This document shows positions 10,819 through 22,104 of a DNA stretch of 64,000 nucleotides, piece by piece. A program made the position numbers and the translations under genes. The notes under the pieces were generated by a model. The model had not been told where the DNA came from and searched no databases. It saw only the letters and a list, made by a program, of their open reading frames with translations. Position 1 is the stretch's first letter. Each line of letters opens with the position of its first letter. This stretch comes from an uncultured Alphaproteobacteria bacterium (GTDB lineage: Bacteria; Pseudomonadota; Alphaproteobacteria; Rhizobiales; Xanthobacteraceae), in NCBI GenBank assembly GCA_963840155.1, contig CAWIXP010000001.1, positions 977,804-1,041,803 of the forward strand, in the 5' to 3' direction.

Positions 10819-11631
10819 ATGGCTAATCGCTTTATGATCTCGGTTGCCGCAGCGGCGCTGATCGCCGGAACCGGCTTCGCTAACGCACAGGGAACCGGGA
10901 TGAAGGAAGGCGGCGGCGCCTCCGGTGGTTCCACCGCCCAGCACAGTTCCCAACCTTCCGGCGGATCGGCGACGACCGGTCAGGCCGGCGCGGAATCCAA
11001 GTCGACCCAGTCGGAGAAGTCCGGCATGAAGTCGAGCCAGTCGGAACAGAAATCGCCGGGTGCGGCCAAGAACGAGCGTGCTGAAGACAAGGGCGGCATG
11101 AAGAACGAGCGCGCCGAAGACAAGGGCATGCAAGGCAAGGGCATGCAAGGTGAGAAGTCCAAGAGCACCGAGAACGAGCGTGGCAAGGCCGGCAAGGATA
11201 TGAAGGCTGAAGGCCGCGAAGGCCAAAAGAACGCTCAGGGCCGCGAGGACCGCGAGCGCACGACCGGGCAAGGCCGCGAGGATCGCGACCGCATGAATGC
11301 CCAGGGCCGCGAAGATCGTGACCGCACGAACGCTCGTGGCGAAAAGTCCGAGACGACTGGACAGGCCGGCGCGGGCGGAAAGCTTTCGACCGAGCAGCGC
11401 ACCAAGATCACCTCGGTGATCCGTGGCGAGCGTGTGGAGCGGCTCAACAACGTGAACTTCTCGATTGCCGTCGGCACCCGCGTCCCCCGGGATGTCAAGT
11501 TCCACGCGCTTCCGCGGGAGGTCGTGACGATCTATCCGGAATGGCGCGGATATGAGTTCGTCCTGGTCCACGATCAGATCGTGGTGATCGATCCCCGGAC
11601 GTTCGAGATCGTGGCCGTCCTCGACGCTTGA
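10819..11631 (+). CDS. Secreted DUF1236-like protein with low-complexity repeats
   Basis: Signal peptide, charged repeats, C-terminal LSTEQRTKI...VGTRVP...YPEWRGYEFVLVHDQIVVIDPRT. Confidence 0.85.
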   Translation: MANRFMISVAAAALIAGTGFANAQGTGMKEGGGASGGSTAQHSSQPSGGSATTGQAGAESKSTQSEKSGMKSSQSEQKSPGAAKNERAEDKGGMKNERAEDKGMQGKGMQGEKSKSTENERGKAGKDMKAEGREGQKNAQGREDRERTTGQGREDRDRMNAQGREDRDRTNARGEKSETTGQAGAGGKLSTEQRTKITSVIRGERVERLNNVNFSIAVGTRVPRDVKFHALPREVVTIYPEWRGYEFVLVHDQIVVIDPRTFEIVAVLDA

Positions 11632-11667
11632 TCTCTTCCGAAAACTGAAATCCAGAGTTGGGATTTC

Positions 11668-11697
11668 GGGGGCGGGCAGAAATGCCCGCCCCTTTTT
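11668..11697 (+). terminator. Intrinsic terminator
   Basis: GGGGCGGGCA-GAAA-TGCCCGCCCC followed by TTTTT. Confidence 0.85.
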
Positions 11698-11904
11698 CGT
11701 CGACATCATCCCTCGAGCGTGCCGCAGGCTGCCGCGGGTTTCGTCTTGCGAGCTTGGTTAACGATTGCTTTAAGAAGGTTCTGCGCAGCTTTTTGCGAGC
11801 CGTATGAGGCATTTGGGCGAGCTACGACGCGGCCTAAAGGCTTCCCCTTGCGCCTGTTGTTACCTATAACCCTCGCCACCTGCCGCCGCGTTGCCGGGAT
11901 TTGC

Positions 11905-12372
11905 ATGGCCAAAACCACCGCCGAGACGATTTACGTGCTCAACGGCCCGAACCTCAATCTGTTGGGAACGCGCGAGCCCGAGACCTACGGCCGCGCGACC
12001 CTCGCCGACGTGGAAAAGCTCTGCGCACAGACATCGGCGCAATTCGGCCTCAAGGCCGAATGCCGCCAATCCAACCGCGAGGGCGAATTGATCGATTTCA
12101 TCCACCAGGCGCATGCCAGCAAGGCCGCGGGGATCATCATCAATGCCGGCGGTTATTCCCACACTTCGATAGCGCTGCACGATGCGTTGGTGGCGGTGCA
12201 AATTCCGGCGGTGGAAGTCCACATCAGCAACATTCATGCCCGCGAGAATTTCCGCCATCATTCCTTCACCGCCAGGGCCGCGTTCGCCACGCTTTCCGGC
12301 TTCGGCATCGATGGTTACCGGCTCGCGATCTCTGGGCTGGCCGCCAGGATCGGCGCCAAGGCAAAGGCCTGA
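11905..12372 (+). CDS. aroQ: Type II 3-dehydroquinate dehydratase
   Basis: [28 protein letters not shown] and [12 protein letters not shown] motifs. Confidence 0.96.
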   Translation: MAKTTAETIYVLNGPNLNLLGTREPETYGRATLADVEKLCAQTSAQFGLKAECRQSNREGELIDFIHQAHASKAAGIIINAGGYSHTSIALHDALVAVQIPAVEVHISNIHARENFRHHSFTARAAFATLSGFGIDGYRLAISGLAARIGAKAKA

Positions 12373-12417
12373 CATAGTCAGGCCGTAACACCAGGCAGAA
12401 AGTTCCGGATCAAGATC

Positions 12418-12906
12418 ATGGCGCGCCAGCCGGACGACAAGACAGCCGCAAAAGTCAGGGCCGAGGACGGCGCGCTGATCCGCGAACTCGCGCTGCTGCT
12501 CGACGAGACCGGCCTGAGCGAAATCGAGATCGAGCGCGCCGGCTTGCGCCTGCGAGTCGCACGCAACATCAGCCTCGCGGCATCGATGCCGCCGGGCTTG
12601 CCCATCGCAGTGTCCGGGCCCGCTCCCGAAGTAGCAGCGCCGGCTGCTGTCGCCGATATCGCGAAGCACCCGGGCGTAGTGCCCTCGCCGATGGTCGGCA
12701 CCGCCTACTGGGCCTCCGAACCCGGCGCCAAGCCGTTCATCGAAGTAGGCAGCAAGGTCACGGTCGGGCAGACGCTGTTGATCATCGAGGCGATGAAGAC
12801 CATGAACCAGATTCCGTCGCCGCGCGCGGGCACCGTGACGCAGATTCTCGTCGAGGACGGCCAGCCGGTCGAATTCGGCGAACCGCTGGTGATTATTGAA
12901 CCGTAG
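12418..12906 (+). CDS. accB: Acetyl-CoA carboxylase biotin carboxyl carrier protein
   Basis: SPMVGT and IEAMKTMN biotinylation motif. Confidence 0.96.
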   Translation: MARQPDDKTAAKVRAEDGALIRELALLLDETGLSEIEIERAGLRLRVARNISLAASMPPGLPIAVSGPAPEVAAPAAVADIAKHPGVVPSPMVGTAYWASEPGAKPFIEVGSKVTVGQTLLIIEAMKTMNQIPSPRAGTVTQILVEDGQPVEFGEPLVIIEP

Positions 12907-13038
12907 TGCGCCCCGTCATACCGAGGTGTGAGGGCGCATGCCCAGAGTTTCCAAGGATGGTTTGTCGAGTTGCGGGCAAACCGTCGCCTTTCAAGGTTCG
13001 CAAGAGCTCGCTGCGGGGTGACGGATGAGGCAGGGACA

Positions 13039-14388
13039 ATGTTCGACAAGATCCTGATAGCCAATCGCGGCGAGATCGCATTGCGCATTTTGCGCGCATG
13101 CAAGGAACTCGGGATCGCCACCGTCGCGGTGCATTCGACCGCGGATGCCGACGCCATGCATGTGCGCCTTGCCGACGAGAGCGTCTGCATCGGCCCGCCG
13201 CCCTCCAAGGACAGCTATCTCAACGTGCCCGCGCTGCTCGCGGCCTGCGAGATCACCGGAGCGGATGCGGTGCATCCCGGTTACGGCTTTCTGTCCGAGA
13301 ACGCCCGCTTCGCTGAAATCCTCGCCGAGCACAATCTCCACTTCATCGGGCCGAAGGCCGAACACATCCGCCTGATGGGCGACAAGATCGAGGCCAAGAA
13401 GACCGCCAGCAAGCTCGGCATTCCCGTGGTGCCCGGCTCCGACGGCGCGGTGGGCCCTGGCGACGACGCGATGGCGATAGCAAAAGCCATCGGCTTTCCG
13501 GTGCTGGTGAAGGCCGCCTCGGGCGGCGGCGGCCGCGGCATGAAGGTGGCCGAGAGCGCCGAATCGCTGATGCTGGCGCTTTCGACCGCCGCCAATGAGG
13601 CCAGGTCGGCGTTCGGCGACGCTTCGGTCTATCTCGAGAAATATCTGCAGAAGCCGCGCCACATTGAGATCCAGATCCTTGGCGATGGACGTGGCGGCGC
13701 CATCCATCTCGGCGAGCGTGATTGCTCGCTGCAGCGACGCCACCAGAAGATTTGGGAGGAAGGCCCCTCCCCGGTGCTCGGCGCCGCGGCACGCGCCAGG
13801 ATCGGCGCGACATGCGCCAAGGCGATGCGGGACATCAAATACCTCGGAGTCGGCACTATCGAATTTCTGTTCGAGGACGGCGAATTCTACTTCATCGAAA
13901 TGAATACCCGCATTCAGGTCGAGCATCCCGTCACCGAAATGATCACCGACATCGATCTCGTGCTGGAACAGATCCGCATCGCTGCCGGCGGCGAGCTGCC
14001 GGCGACGCAGGATGAAGTCCAGATCATCGGCCATGCCATCGAGTGCCGGGTGAATGCGGAGAACCCGCAAACCTTCCGCCCTTCGCCCGGCAAGATTCTG
14101 CAGTACCATTCACCGGGCGGCCTCGGGGTACGGATCAATTCCGCCGTCTACCAGGGCTACGTCATTCCGCCCTATTACGACTCGCTGGTCGGCAAGCTGA
14201 TCGTCCATGGCAAGACCCGCGGCGAATGCCTGATGCGGCTGCGCCGCGCGCTCGACGAAATGGTGGTCGACGGCATCGAGACCACGCTGCCATTGTTCCG
14301 TGCCCTGGTCCGGGAACCCGCCATCATCGACGGCGATTATCACATCCATTGGCTCGAACGGTATTTGACCGGCCAGCCGGCGGACTAA
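13039..14388 (+). CDS. accC: Acetyl-CoA carboxylase biotin carboxylase
   Basis: [33 protein letters not shown] and [10 protein letters not shown] motifs. Confidence 0.97.
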   Translation: MFDKILIANRGEIALRILRACKELGIATVAVHSTADADAMHVRLADESVCIGPPPSKDSYLNVPALLAACEITGADAVHPGYGFLSENARFAEILAEHNLHFIGPKAEHIRLMGDKIEAKKTASKLGIPVVPGSDGAVGPGDDAMAIAKAIGFPVLVKAASGGGGRGMKVAESAESLMLALSTAANEARSAFGDASVYLEKYLQKPRHIEIQILGDGRGGAIHLGERDCSLQRRHQKIWEEGPSPVLGAAARARIGATCAKAMRDIKYLGVGTIEFLFEDGEFYFIEMNTRIQVEHPVTEMITDIDLVLEQIRIAAGGELPATQDEVQIIGHAIECRVNAENPQTFRPSPGKILQYHSPGGLGVRINSAVYQGYVIPPYYDSLVGKLIVHGKTRGECLMRLRRALDEMVVDGIETTLPLFRALVREPAIIDGDYHIHWLERYLTGQPAD

Positions 14389-14423
14389 GGGTCCCATCCA
14401 TTGCCAGTAAATTCGGTCGCCCC

Positions 14424-14448
14424 GGAACAAATTGCCAGAACAGGCGTT
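14424..14448 (+). promoter_or_regulatory. sigma-EcfG-type promoter
   Basis: GGAAC-N16-CGTT upstream of the kinase/regulator operon. Confidence 0.65.
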
Positions 14449-14515
14449 CCGGTCGCTTGGGGAACCGTCCGCCCAAGGGGACTGCTTGAATTGTTTTCCG
14501 TGACCCGAGGCTGTC

Positions 14516-16045
14516 GTGACGCCTGAGGCCATGCGGCGGCGCGCCATTGGTCAAATCCTGCTGCTCGGGGCGGGCCTCGTCGTTCTGACCGTGATCAGCG
14601 CCGGCTCGGTGCGTCTGGTGAACAATGCGCGAGAGGACGCGCGCTGGGTATTGCACACCGTAGAAATCGAAAATCAGATTTCGCTGAGCCAACTGCAGCT
14701 GCGCCGCGCCGAAAGCGCCGAGCGCGATTATCTCACCACCTTGCTGCCCGCGTTCCAGACCGATTTTGAAGAAGCCGCCGCCCAGCTCCCCCCGGCACTG
14801 GCGCGGCTCGGCCAGTTGACCGGCGATAATCCGCTTCAAAGGCGCCTGCTCGACGAGCTGATTTCACTTAGCAATCAGCAGATCGAGGAATTCCGCACCA
14901 CCATCGATTTGGCGCGGCAGCAGCGCGTCGATGACGCCACCAAGATCATCCGCGAGGGCATCGGCCGCGCCGCCATGAAGCATATCGACGAGCTCGCCGC
15001 CCAGATGCGGGCCGAAGAAGATCGCTTGTTTGCTCAGCGGACCACCAACGCCGACCGGAGTCAGACGCTGGCGGCATCGATGACCTGGATGGGTTCAGGT
15101 TTTGTCGTCGTGCTGGCCGCCATCTCGATTTTTCTGATCCGCCGCTCGGCGCGCGAGCGCGACGTGGCCGAAGCGTCGTTGCGCGACAACAATCTCAATC
15201 TGGAGGCCACCGTCGAGGAGCGAACCTCCGATCTGCGTGAGGCCAACGACGAAATCCAGCGCTTCGCCTACATCGTCAGCCACGATCTGCGCTCGCCGCT
15301 GGTCAACATCATGGGTTTCACCACCGAACTCGAGGAATTGCGCGCCGACATCTTCAAGCGGATGGCGGCACTCGGCCGTGGGACGGCCTCGTCCGTGCCG
15401 CCGCTTGTCGTTGCCCGCGATCCCGGGCCGGTCCTCGATGGCGAAGACAAGAGGCTCTCGGAGGATTTCTCGGAAGCGCTGGGTTTCATCAAATCGTCGA
15501 TCGCCAAGATGGACCGCCTGATCAGCGCGATCCTCAACATCACCCGCGAGGGACGGCGCGAGTTCGAGCCGGTCTCGATCGATACCCGCGAGCTGGTAGA
15601 GGGCATGGCCGCCACCATGGCCCACCAGGCCGCGGAAGCGAAAACCGAAATTCGGATCGAGCCGCTGCCGCGTATCGTCAGCGACCGTCTGGCGCTGGAG
15701 CAGATCTTCTCCAACCTGATCGACAACGCGCTGAAATATCTCAGGCCCGGAGTGCCCGGCACGATCTGGGTCCAGGGCCGGACCAAGCTGGGCTTTGCGA
15801 TCTTCGAGGTCTCCGACAACGGGCGCGGCATCGATCCCAAGGACCACCAGCGCGTTTTCGACCTGTTTCGCCGCGCCGGCGCGCAGGATAGGCCGGGACA
15901 GGGAATTGGACTGGCCCATGTCAGGGCGCTGGTGCGGCGGCTGGGGGGGACGATATCGGTTTCCTCGGAACTCAACAGCGGCAGCACCTTCACCATCACG
16001 CTGCCCATCGACTGGACGGCGACCAACCGCAACAGGGACAAATGA
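14516..16045 (+). CDS. CHASE3-domain sensor histidine kinase
   Basis: Two TM segments flanking a helical sensor; SHDLRSPL H-box, NLIDNALKY, DNGRGI and GQGIGL motifs; GTG start. Confidence 0.92.
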   Translation: MTPEAMRRRAIGQILLLGAGLVVLTVISAGSVRLVNNAREDARWVLHTVEIENQISLSQLQLRRAESAERDYLTTLLPAFQTDFEEAAAQLPPALARLGQLTGDNPLQRRLLDELISLSNQQIEEFRTTIDLARQQRVDDATKIIREGIGRAAMKHIDELAAQMRAEEDRLFAQRTTNADRSQTLAASMTWMGSGFVVVLAAISIFLIRRSARERDVAEASLRDNNLNLEATVEERTSDLREANDEIQRFAYIVSHDLRSPLVNIMGFTTELEELRADIFKRMAALGRGTASSVPPLVVARDPGPVLDGEDKRLSEDFSEALGFIKSSIAKMDRLISAILNITREGRREFEPVSIDTRELVEGMAATMAHQAAEAKTEIRIEPLPRIVSDRLALEQIFSNLIDNALKYLRPGVPGTIWVQGRTKLGFAIFEVSDNGRGIDPKDHQRVFDLFRRAGAQDRPGQGIGLAHVRALVRRLGGTISVSSELNSGSTFTITLPIDWTATNRNRDK

Positions 16046-16482
16046 GCAGGCCGGTTACCATCATCATGATCGAGGACGACGACGGACACGCGCGCCTGAT
16101 CGAGCGCAATATCCGCCGCTCCGGCGTCAACAACGAAATCTTGCCGTTTACCAACGGCACCGATGCGATGGCCTACCTGTTCGGCGGCGATGGTTCCGCC
16201 ACCGAGCGCAAAAATCAGGCATTGTTGATCCTGCTTGACCTTAATCTGCCTGATATGACCGGTATCGACATCTTGCGCCGGCTCAAGGAAAACAAGTATC
16301 TCAAATGCGCACCGGTCGTCGTGCTGACCACCACGGACGATTCCCAGGAAATCAAACGCTGCTATGATCTCGGTTGCAACGTCTACATCACCAAGCCGGT
16401 AAACTACGAAAGCTTCGCCAACGCGATCCGCCAACTCGGGCTGTTCTTCTCCGTCATTCAGGTTCCGCCGACCGCCACATGA
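16042..16482 (+). CDS. Single-domain response regulator (Rcp1-like)
   Basis: IEDDD, LLDLNLPDMTG and YITKP receiver motifs; ATGA overlap with the kinase. Confidence 0.93.
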   Translation: MSRPVTIIMIEDDDGHARLIERNIRRSGVNNEILPFTNGTDAMAYLFGGDGSATERKNQALLILLDLNLPDMTGIDILRRLKENKYLKCAPVVVLTTTDDSQEIKRCYDLGCNVYITKPVNYESFANAIRQLGLFFSVIQVPPTAT

Positions 16483-17567
16483 ATCCTGCAACCCCGACGC
16501 TGCTGTTCATAGACGATGACGGGGCGCTCGCCCGCCTGGTCGAGCGCCGCCTGGGCAAGCTCGGCTTCAATGTCGTTCATGCGGCCAGCGGCACCGCTGG
16601 CCTGGACCGGCTTCAGCGCGGCGGCATCGACGTCGTCGCGCTCGACCAATACATGCCGGGTCTCGACGGCATCGAAACACTGGAGCGGATCCTGGCGATT
16701 CCGAATGCGCCGCCGGTGGTGTTCGTTACCGCGGCGCAGGACTCCAGCATCGCGGTCACCGCCTTGAAAGCCGGCGCTGCCGATTATCTGGTCAAGGATG
16801 TCCAGGGCGATTTCATCCCCCTGCTGCAGGTCGCGATCGACGGCGCGTTGCGGCAGGCGCGCATCCAGAAAGCCCGCGACGACGCAGAGGCGGAAGTTCA
16901 TGCTTCACGCGACCGCTACGCCGCGCTTGCCGCCGAACGCGAGGTACTGCTGCGTGAGGTCAACCACCGCGTCGGCAACAGCTTGCAGATCATCGCCTCG
17001 CTGTTGCACCTGCAGGCCAATTCGAGCACCCAGGAAGACGTCAAGGCGGCGCTGACCAACGCGATGGGGCGGGTCGCCGCCGTGGCGCAGGTCCATCGCC
17101 GGCTCTACACTTCGCACGACTTGAAGAGCGTGCTGCTGAATCAGTATCTCGGCGCCCTGCTCGACGATCTCAGGAGATCCGCCGAGGGCAACCGGATGTC
17201 GCGGCTGACATCAAAGGCGGACCCGGTCGAAATCGATCCCGACCGCGCGGTCGCCATCGGTATCATCGTCAACGAGCTGGTGATGAACGCGGTGAAATAC
17301 GCCTATCCCGACGGCGCCGGCTCTATTCACGTCGAGCTCAATGTGCAGGGCGAGGAGATTGCGCTGTCGATTGCCGATGACGGCGTCGGCCTCAACGCCA
17401 AGGCCGACCCGCGGTCCACCGGCATGGGGCAACGCATCGTCGCCGCCATGGCAGTCAAGCTCGGCGCCAGCGTCGAGAGGGATGCCGGCCATGCCGGTAC
17501 CAGGATCGTGGTGAGGTTCCGCCTCGATGCGTCAACAAGCAAGGCTGCCAACGCGGCCGCCAGCTAG
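16479..17567 (+). CDS. Receiver-HisKA_2 histidine kinase fusion
   Basis: N-terminal receiver (FIDDD, LDQYMPG) followed by [11 protein letters not shown] (HRxxN), [10 protein letters not shown] and DDGVG; ATGA overlap. Confidence 0.9.
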   Translation: MNPATPTLLFIDDDGALARLVERRLGKLGFNVVHAASGTAGLDRLQRGGIDVVALDQYMPGLDGIETLERILAIPNAPPVVFVTAAQDSSIAVTALKAGAADYLVKDVQGDFIPLLQVAIDGALRQARIQKARDDAEAEVHASRDRYAALAAEREVLLREVNHRVGNSLQIIASLLHLQANSSTQEDVKAALTNAMGRVAAVAQVHRRLYTSHDLKSVLLNQYLGALLDDLRRSAEGNRMSRLTSKADPVEIDPDRAVAIGIIVNELVMNAVKYAYPDGAGSIHVELNVQGEEIALSIADDGVGLNAKADPRSTGMGQRIVAAMAVKLGASVERDAGHAGTRIVVRFRLDASTSKAANAAAS

Positions 17568-17602
17568 CCGCGGCTGGCCCGGCCCTGCTATCCTGCCATC
17601 CC

Positions 17603-18280
17603 ATGACGTCTCGCGACTCCGCCTCTTCCGAAATCACGCCCGAGGTATTGTTGCGCGCCTACGCTTGCGGCATCTTCCCGATGGCGGAAAGCGCCGACGA
17701 TCCGACGCTGTTCTGGGTCGAACCGGAAATGCGCGGCGTGATCCCGCTCGATGGTTTTCGCATCTCCGCCCGTTTGGCGCGCACCGTGCGCTCCGACGCC
17801 TTCACCATCACCCTCAACAGCGCCTTCAAGGCGGTCATCGCCGGATGTGCCGCGCCCCAGCCCGGCCGCGACGATACCTGGATCAACAAGCGCATCCACG
17901 ATCTCTATGTCGGATTGCACCAACTCGGACATGCGCACAGCGTCGAGGTCTGGCAAAACGACGATCTGGTCGGCGGACTCTACGGGGTGAACCTCGGCCG
18001 CGCCTTCTTCGGTGAAAGCATGTTTCACCGCGCCCGCGACGCCTCGAAGGTGGCGCTGGTGCATCTGGTGGCGAGACTGATCGCAGGCGGATTCGAACTG
18101 CTCGATACGCAATATGTCACCGAGCATTTGCGCAGCTTTGGCGCCATCGAGATTTCGCGGCGGCGCTACACCGCGCTGCTCGGGAAAGCGATCAAGGGAG
18201 AGGCGGATTTCGCCAAGCTGCCGCTCGACCGGCCGATGAGCGGCACGCGAGCGCTGGAGATCATTGCCGCGCGCAGATAA
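17603..18280 (+). CDS. aat: Leucyl/phenylalanyl-tRNA-protein transferase
   Basis: [30 protein letters not shown] and DASKVAL motifs. Confidence 0.96.
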   Translation: MTSRDSASSEITPEVLLRAYACGIFPMAESADDPTLFWVEPEMRGVIPLDGFRISARLARTVRSDAFTITLNSAFKAVIAGCAAPQPGRDDTWINKRIHDLYVGLHQLGHAHSVEVWQNDDLVGGLYGVNLGRAFFGESMFHRARDASKVALVHLVARLIAGGFELLDTQYVTEHLRSFGAIEISRRRYTALLGKAIKGEADFAKLPLDRPMSGTRALEIIAARR

Positions 18281-18295
18281 TCGATCGCCGCACGA

Positions 18296-19270
18296 CTACC
18301 TGAAGATCCCGAACAGACCACCGGATTGCGGCGGCGGTGGCGGCGGCGCCTGCTGCTGCTGCGGTTGTTGAGTCTGCTGCTGCGGGGGTGGCGGGCGCGG
18401 CACCGCCTGCTTCGGGGCCGCCCGCTTCGGAGCGGGTGGCGGCGGCGGTTTCGGCACATCGGCCGGCGCGGCACTCACGACTGTGGTGTCGGGGCCTTTG
18501 CAGTCGGTCAACCAGATGTCGTAGATCGGGTGTTCGACGCCGTGCAGGCCGGGACTGGCAGCGAACATCCAGCCGGAAAAGATCCGCTTCACCTCGCCCT
18601 GCAACGTGATCTCGTCGACCTCGACAAAAGCATCGGTGTTGGCGGCTTCGGTGGCTGGACGCGTGTAGCAGGCGTCGGTCTTCACCCGCAGCGCGCCGAA
18701 CTGGACGGTCTCGCCGATGTCTTCGTCGAAATTGATGATGCGCCCGGTGATCTTGTCGAGCCCGGAAAAGCTCGCCTTCTTGTTGACGATCTTCTGCGCC
18801 GGCGGTTCGGTGACCACCTCATCGCCCGGCTGCAAGGTGGCCGGCGATTGCGGCACGCCTTTAGGCTGGCGCTGTCCCGGCGGCGGATTGGCGCCGGGCG
18901 GTGCCACCGCGACGCCCTGGTTCGGCTCCGGCGGCGCCACCGCAATGCCGGGCGGCGCGTTTTGCGGAATGACCGACATGCCGGGTGGCGGCGCCAACGG
19001 TTGCGAGGTGACCGAGCCCGGCGCGGGCACTCCCTGCCCCGGCAGCGGCCGGTTGGGCGTCGGCAACAGCCGCCCTCGCGGCAGCTCCGGCACTTCTTCG
19101 TCGTCGTCCGGCGGCGGCTGCGGGTTGCCGCGGGGAACATTGCCCGGCGGACGCGGCGGCACCGGATCGGAAAAAATATTGCCGATCTGCGCGCGCGCCG
19201 GCGGCGCAAGCGACATCGTGGTGGCGGCCAGCACGGCCGCAAAACCCGTCAGGGCAATGGTTCGAAGCAT
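18296..19270 (-). CDS. DUF2155-like secreted proline-rich protein
   Basis: Signal peptide; GLDKITGR and IFSGWMFAASPGLHGVEHPIYDIWLTDC. Confidence 0.88.
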   Translation of the reverse strand: MLRTIALTGFAAVLAATTMSLAPPARAQIGNIFSDPVPPRPPGNVPRGNPQPPPDDDEEVPELPRGRLLPTPNRPLPGQGVPAPGSVTSQPLAPPPGMSVIPQNAPPGIAVAPPEPNQGVAVAPPGANPPPGQRQPKGVPQSPATLQPGDEVVTEPPAQKIVNKKASFSGLDKITGRIINFDEDIGETVQFGALRVKTDACYTRPATEAANTDAFVEVDEITLQGEVKRIFSGWMFAASPGLHGVEHPIYDIWLTDCKGPDTTVVSAAPADVPKPPPPPAPKRAAPKQAVPRPPPPQQQTQQPQQQQAPPPPPPQSGGLFGIFR

Positions 19271-19503
19271 CTCGCGGCTTTAATGGGCGAATCGGGCTCG
19301 CGACATTGTACAGGCTACCCGCCGCTCGCAAGGGCCCGGTTAACACGGCGAATACGGCAGGGAAAGGGCGGTTTGGCGCCCGTCCGTGCCGCTGGCCACG
19401 CCGCGCCGCAGATGAAATAGTCCCTCCCTGAGTTCGCGCGCGCGCCACGCCGAACCGGCAGAAATCCTGAGCAGCCGGACTAGCCAAGGGGGAAACGAAA
19501 GAG

Positions 19504-20283
19504 ATGCCCGATCGAATTCGTCTCGATGGCAGGATCGCCGTCGTTACCGGCGCGGCCGGCGTCATCGGAAGCGCGACCATCGGGCTTCTGGCGGAGCGCG
19601 GCGCGCACATCGTTGCCGTCGATCGCAACGAGCAGCAGCTGCGAACCGCGATCAAGGATCTGCCGGCCTCGGCACAGACGCTGGCTGTTACCGCCGATGT
19701 CACCGACGAGGACGAGGTGGCGGCCTATGTGCGCGCCGCCGTCGACAGGTTCGGCACCATCGATATCTTTTACAATAATGCCGGCATCGAGGGCGAGATC
19801 GCGCCGATCCCGAAATACTCCCTCGAGATGTTTCGCCGGGTGCTCGACGTCAACGTGGTCGGGGTGTTCTTGGGACTGAAGCACGTGCTGCCGGTGATGC
19901 TCGAGCAGAACAGGGGTTCCATCATCAACACCGCTTCGATTGCGGGACTGATCGGCTCGCCCGACATCGCGGTCTATAGCGCCAGCAAGCATGCCGTGAT
20001 CGGGCTCACCAAGAGCGCGGCACTGGAATGCGCCAAGACCGGCGTGCGCGTGAACTGCGTCTGCCCCGGCATGATCGACAGCCGCATGCTGAGCGCGATC
20101 ATCGAGGGCCGCAATCCCGGCAACGCGCCGGTGCCCGACGAGAAGATCGTCGAGCGGATTCCGGCGCGCCGGCTCGGTCGGGCCTCCGAAGTCGCCTCGA
20201 TCGTGGCGTTCCTCGCCTCCGAGGAGGCGAGCTACGTCTCGGGATCCGCCTACACCGTCGACGGCGCGCGGACCGCAGGCTAG
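19504..20283 (+). CDS. SDR family oxidoreductase
   Basis: TGAAGVIG, NNAG and YSASK motifs. Confidence 0.93.
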   Translation: MPDRIRLDGRIAVVTGAAGVIGSATIGLLAERGAHIVAVDRNEQQLRTAIKDLPASAQTLAVTADVTDEDEVAAYVRAAVDRFGTIDIFYNNAGIEGEIAPIPKYSLEMFRRVLDVNVVGVFLGLKHVLPVMLEQNRGSIINTASIAGLIGSPDIAVYSASKHAVIGLTKSAALECAKTGVRVNCVCPGMIDSRMLSAIIEGRNPGNAPVPDEKIVERIPARRLGRASEVASIVAFLASEEASYVSGSAYTVDGARTAG

Positions 20284-20359
20284 GGATTGTCATTCCAGGA
20301 TGGTCCGAAGGAGACCAGACCCGGAAATGACAGGTTCAAATATCAAAGGCCTTCTCATC

Positions 20360-21346
20360 ATGCCGGTGACCCTCGACCCCGATGCCGCCGCCGTATTCAA
20401 GGCGTTTCAGGAAGCCGGCCGGCCGGCCTACGAAACGCTTTCACCGGCGGAAGCGCGCGAGTTCTATTTGCAGGCCCGCTTTGTCAGCAATCCCGAACCG
20501 CCGGAACTCGCAAAGGTCAGCGCGCTCGCGATCCCCGCGCCTTACGGATTGATCCCGGCGCGCATCTACGTCCCGAAGACGTTGCGGAAGACCGATGGCC
20601 TCGCCCCGGGGCTGGTATTCTTTCACGGCGGCGGCTGGGTGATCGGCGATCTCGATTCCCACGACGTGGTGTGCAGGAAGCTCGCCGACGAGGGCGAACT
20701 GATCGTGATCTCCGTCGACTACCGGCTCGCACCCGAGCACAAGTTTCCCGCCGCCGTCGACGATGCCATCGCCGCGACCAAATGGATCGCCGACAATGCC
20801 AGATCGCTTGGCATCGACGCGTCGCGGCTGAGTGTCGGCGGCGACAGCGCCGGCGGCAACCTCGCCACGGTGGTTGCGATCGCCGCGCGCGACGACGACG
20901 GCCCCGCGATCGCGGGACAGGTGCTGATTTACCCGGCCGTCGATTTTGCCATGAAGCATCGCTCGCACAGCGAACCCGACACCAGCATCCTGCTGACGCA
21001 TTCGGTGATCCGGTGGTTTTGCGAACACTATCTCAACGGCGGCGCCGATGTCGGCGATTGGCGGGCATCGCCGGTCCGCGCCACGACCCTGATCGGCTTG
21101 CCGCCGGCCTATGTGCTGACCGCTGGCGCCGATCCGCTGCGCGACGAGGGCCATGAATATGCGCAGCGCCTGCGCGCGGCCGGCGTGCCCGTGACCTACC
21201 GGCATTTTCCCGGACAGTTCCACGGCTTCTTCACGATGGGCAAACTGCTGCAACAGGCCAATGTCGCGGCTGGCGAGATCGGCACCTGGCTGAAAGCGCT
21301 GGAAGCTCGGACAAGTCATCACGCTTCGGGAGCTAATCCAACATGA
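20360..21346 (+). CDS. Alpha/beta hydrolase (HSL-type esterase)
   Basis: HGGGW, GDSAGG, DPLRDE and HGF motifs. Confidence 0.93.
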   Translation: MPVTLDPDAAAVFKAFQEAGRPAYETLSPAEAREFYLQARFVSNPEPPELAKVSALAIPAPYGLIPARIYVPKTLRKTDGLAPGLVFFHGGGWVIGDLDSHDVVCRKLADEGELIVISVDYRLAPEHKFPAAVDDAIAATKWIADNARSLGIDASRLSVGGDSAGGNLATVVAIAARDDDGPAIAGQVLIYPAVDFAMKHRSHSEPDTSILLTHSVIRWFCEHYLNGGADVGDWRASPVRATTLIGLPPAYVLTAGADPLRDEGHEYAQRLRAAGVPVTYRHFPGQFHGFFTMGKLLQQANVAAGEIGTWLKALEARTSHHASGANPT

Positions 21347-22104
21347 GTTCCACTACCGCCGCGAACACCGCATTGCCCGGTACGGACGCGCCTGAACGGG
21401 GCCCGCTGCTGTTATGGATGATCTTCACCGGTCTCTCGATCTTTGCCGCGGTGGTACTCTGGCGATACGGATTGATCGGCCTGATGGTCACCTCCGACCG
21501 CACCTATATTTCGAGCCTGATCGCCGTTTTCTACGTCATCACGTCTTTGCATTGCTTGTGGCGTACCCTTGCGATTGCCCGCGAAGCAGCGGCTGCAAGA
21601 CGCTGTCGCGCCATCCTGTCGGGTCCCGACCTCGCCAAGGCGCTCGCGGCCGACACGCAAATGCTGCCGGCCGGCCTGGTGCGGGATCACATCCGCAGTC
21701 TGGTGACCAAGGCCAGGGCACAAGGTGCCGGCCGCATCGACCAGACGCTGCTGTTGCGCTCGCTGGCCGATCGGATGCGCGGTTCGAACGGCTTCGGCGC
21801 ATTCGCTTCCGATACGCTGATGAAGCTCGGGCTGTTGGGTACCATTATCGGCTTCATCATCATGCTGGCGCCGATCGCCACCCTCGATGCGGCCGACAAG
21901 GTCGCGATGAAGTCGTCGATGGGGTTGATGAGCGACGGCATGGCGGTGGCCATGTACACGACGCTTGCGGGTCTGGCCGGCTCGATCCTGGTCCGAATTC
22001 AATATTACGTCCTCGATGCCGCGACCCAGCGGGTGTTTTCCGATGCCGTTACGCTGACGGAGACGCGCGTCACCCCGGCCCTGGAACGCCACCATGATGG
22101 ATGA
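21343..22104 (+). CDS. MotA/TolQ/ExbB proton-channel family protein
   Basis: LGLLGTIIGFIIML and GMAVAMYTTLAGL TM motifs. Confidence 0.85.
   Translation: MSSTTAANTALPGTDAPERGPLLLWMIFTGLSIFAAVVLWRYGLIGLMVTSDRTYISSLIAVFYVITSLHCLWRTLAIAREAAAARRCRAILSGPDLAKALAADTQMLPAGLVRDHIRSLVTKARAQGAGRIDQTLLLRSLADRMRGSNGFGAFASDTLMKLGLLGTIIGFIIMLAPIATLDAADKVAMKSSMGLMSDGMAVAMYTTLAGLAGSILVRIQYYVLDAATQRVFSDAVTLTETRVTPALERHHDG

Noticed and set aside
11757-11773. TTAA-N8-TTAA as a CtrA box upstream of aroQ
   Set aside because: Spacer is 8 rather than 7
12907-13038. 132-bp accB-accC spacer with a TGCGCCC/GGGCGCA hairpin
   Set aside because: Single ordinary stem with no other support for an element
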